A DNA stretch of 64,000 nucleotides. It comes from Candidatus Limnocylindrales bacterium. GTDB taxonomy: Bacteria > Chloroflexota > Limnocylindria > Limnocylindrales > CSP1-4. The position numbers and the translations under genes are program-made. The DNA is taken from positions 2,231 through 66,230 of the forward strand of contig DASYSM010000111.1 of the NCBI GenBank assembly GCA_036003325.1, read 5' to 3'. Below, one piece after another: positions 62,119-64,000 of this stretch; the stretch's first letter is position 1; every line of letters begins with the position of its first letter. The notes under the pieces were generated by a model that worked only from the letters and a program-made list of their open reading frames with translations, was not told the DNA's origin and ran no database searches.

Positions 62119-62385
62119 TCAGCCGCCCGAGGCAAGGCTCCAGAAGCCGGTGCCATAGCCGACGGCGACGATCACGAAGGTCACGAAGGCGAGACCGAGC
62201 CAGAACAGGACCGAGCGGAACCGCGAGGTCGGGTTCATCTCGGTGTTCTCAAGCTTTGGCAGGCGGTCTCCCCGGAGATCGGTCCCCCAGCGGGCCGACC
62301 GAAGCTGGGTGCGCCAGTCCGATTCGGCGACGGGCCGGGGCTCGAGACCGCCTTCGCCGTCGGGTCGGTGCAGCTGCAGGCTCAT
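62119..62385 (-). CDS. Small hypothetical membrane protein
   Basis: 88 aa with a C-terminal TM segment (VLFWLGLAFVTFVIVAVGYGTGFW). ATGA overlap with the prs stop. An internal ATG (MNPTSRF...) could be the start instead. Confidence 0.4.
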   Translation of the reverse strand: MSLQLHRPDGEGGLEPRPVAESDWRTQLRSARWGTDLRGDRLPKLENTEMNPTSRFRSVLFWLGLAFVTFVIVAVGYGTGFWSLASGG

Positions 62386-63500
62386 CGGTCACCCACCTGT
62401 GTCGAGACCGCCACCGAGGCGGTCATGTCCGTTTCCACGTCATCGGGCCTGGTGTCGAGCGTGCCCTCGTCGCCGCCTTCCCAGAGGAGCATCTCCTGGG
62501 TGAGCGCGACCTCGCTGGAGAACAGCGCTCCGACCGATTCGCCGCGATGGATCCGCCGGATCGCCTCGCCGATGAGCGGCGCGACCGACAGGGTCGTGAT
62601 CTTGCCCAGGCGCTTGCGCTCGGGGAGCGGCACCGAATCGGTCAGCACGACCTCGCGCAGGCTCGAGGCGGCGATCCGGTCGATCGCCGGGTCGCTCAGG
62701 ACGCCGTGCGTCGCGCAGGCGTAGATCTCGTCGACGCCCTCGCGCTCGAGCGCCCGGGTGATCTCGACCAGGGTCCCGGCGGTGTCGATCTCATCGTCGA
62801 CGATGATCGCCCGCTTGCCCTTGACGTCGCCGATGACGTTCATCAGCTCGGCCCGATCGAGGTTGCCGACGCGCCGCTTCTCGATGATCGCCAGCGGCGC
62901 GTCGAGCAGCTCCGCGAAGGCGCGGGCCCGCTTGGCGAACCCGAGATCGGTCACGACGACGGGGTCCTCGATGTGCTTGTGGCGGTAGTAGTTCGACAGC
63001 ATGTGGACGGCCGTCAGCTCATCGACGGGGATGTTGAAGAAGCCCTGGATCTGGCCCTGGTGGAGGTCCATCGTGAGCACGCGGTCCGCGCCGGCGACGG
63101 TGATCATGTCGGCGATGAGCCGGGCCGTGATCGGGACCCGCGGCTGGTCCTTCTTGTCCGACCGGCCGTAGGCGTAGTACGGGATGACGGCCGTGATCCG
63201 GCCGGCGCTGGCGCGCTTGAAGGCATCGATCATGATCAGCAGTTCCATGATCGACTGGTTCACCGGATGACAGGTCGGCTGGACGATGAACACGTCCTTC
63301 TCGCGGACGTTCTCGAGGATCTTGACGAAGATGTTCTCGTTGGCGAACTGGAAGACCTCGACCTTGCCCGGCTCGGTGCCGAGGTAGCGCGAGATCTTCC
63401 GGGCCAGGCCCGGGTTCGAGTTGCCGTGGTAGATCTCGAACTGGTCCGCGTACAAGCCCGCCGCCTCCCGTCCGCCGCCGAAGGCCGAGAAGGCCGTCAC
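62382..63500 (-). CDS. prs: Ribose-phosphate pyrophosphokinase with a C-terminal extension
   Basis: FEIYHGNSNPGLARKISRYLG, the PRPP-binding loop AIIVDDEIDTAGTL, and about 45 extra C-terminal residues. The start (GTG 63500) is uncertain. Confidence 0.85.
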   Translation of the reverse strand: MTAFSAFGGGREAAGLYADQFEIYHGNSNPGLARKISRYLGTEPGKVEVFQFANENIFVKILENVREKDVFIVQPTCHPVNQSIMELLIMIDAFKRASAGRITAVIPYYAYGRSDKKDQPRVPITARLIADMITVAGADRVLTMDLHQGQIQGFFNIPVDELTAVHMLSNYYRHKHIEDPVVVTDLGFAKRARAFAELLDAPLAIIEKRRVGNLDRAELMNVIGDVKGKRAIIVDDEIDTAGTLVEITRALEREGVDEIYACATHGVLSDPAIDRIAASSLREVVLTDSVPLPERKRLGKITTLSVAPLIGEAIRRIHRGESVGALFSSEVALTQEMLLWEGGDEGTLDTRPDDVETDMTASVAVSTQVGDR

Positions 63501-63507
63501 GCCGACC

Positions 63508-64000
63508 TCACCCGCCCGAACCCGGTCCGACCGGGCTCGCGCCGTCCGTCCCGGGGCCGCCATCGTCGCCCATGCCGTCCTGCTCTGCAAGTCCGGCACG
63601 GAACGCGGCGATCGCCACGACCCGGTCGCCCTCGGCGAGGCGCATGACGATGACCCCGCGGGCGTGGGGCGAGTAGCGGTTGATGGTGTTGGTCTCGGTC
63701 CGGATGACCTGGCCGCCGGCGCTGATGAGGAGGAGCTCCTCGTCGGCCTCGGTGACCTGCTGGACCGCCGCGACGTCTCCGGTCTTCCGACCCTCGAGGC
63801 TGATGAGGGCGACGCCCTGGCCGCCGCGGTGCTTCCGCCGGAAGTCGGTCAGTGGTACGCGCTTGCCGTAGCCCGTCTCGCTCAGGACGAGGAGGTCGCT
63901 CTCGGGCTGGACGACGCTCATGCCGACCACCGCGTCGCCCTTGCGCGCAAGGCGGATGCCGATGACGCCGGCGGAGTCGCGGCCCATCGCCCGGACCTCG
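63508..64000 (-). CDS. gyrA: DNA gyrase subunit A, C-terminal beta-pinwheel region (5' part outside window)
   Basis: The frame is open to the window end. GyrA C-terminal-domain-like blades (GVIGIRL..GD.VVGM; GYGKRVPL..F....RGGQGV; RGVIVMRL..GD.VV) are followed by an acidic/Gly tail. Confidence 0.75.
   Translation of the reverse strand, partial: EVRAMGRDSAGVIGIRLARKGDAVVGMSVVQPESDLLVLSETGYGKRVPLTDFRRKHRGGQGVALISLEGRKTGDVAAVQQVTEADEELLLISAGGQVIRTETNTINRYSPHARGVIVMRLAEGDRVVAIAAFRAGLAEQDGMGDDGGPGTDGASPVGPGSGG

Overview
High-GC (about 70%) chromosomal window around the replication origin of an Actinobacteria- or Chloroflexi-like bacterium. It is almost fully coding (about 55 genes). I saw no transposase, integrase, CRISPR array, rRNA or tRNA. 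Gene order, left to right: nuoI-J-K-L-M-N; a sortase-like protein; a small Ala/Ser-rich membrane protein coupled to an OtsB-like phosphatase; a 465-bp convergent gap holding two copies of a ~66-nt hairpin repeat; corA; a DHA2-type MFS transporter; an SDR; a three-gene ECF-sigma operon (sigma, membrane PD40+Kelch protein, VanW); ArsR followed by a tightly coupled phosphatidylinositol/PIM-type operon (PIP synthase, ino1, two PatA-like acyltransferases, a PHP phosphoesterase, pimA-like GT4); a convergent 1840-aa double GT-C glycosyltransferase; a divergent DUF2723 GT-C protein; a bifunctional nuclease, a rhomboid and a PP2C-like membrane protein; dciA-recF-dnaN, a DnaA-box cluster, dnaA; rpmH-rnpA-yidD-yidC-jag; a second VanW protein; an orphan molybdopterin oxidoreductase subunit; LiaF-like, SRPBCC and DUF72 genes; tmRNA; an MFS transporter; a proline-racemase-family enzyme; smpB; ctpA-ftsX-ftsE; a GNAT; prfB with the classical +1 frameshift, preceded by a small Cys-rich ORF; DUF218; secA; prs; and the 3' end of gyrA. 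No self-contained novel system such as a defence island stands out. The best leads are: (1) the PHP phosphoesterase inside the PI operon, a candidate PIP phosphatase; (2) the giant fused GT-C/PMT protein with a soluble insert, next to the PIM genes; (3) the duplicated structured repeat at 8727-8968; (4) the ECF/PD40-Kelch/VanW operon; (5) a sortase-fold protein with Ser in place of the catalytic Cys; (6) an 8-Cys mini-protein abutting prfB. All functional calls come from reading motifs by eye in the supplied translations. No database search was run.
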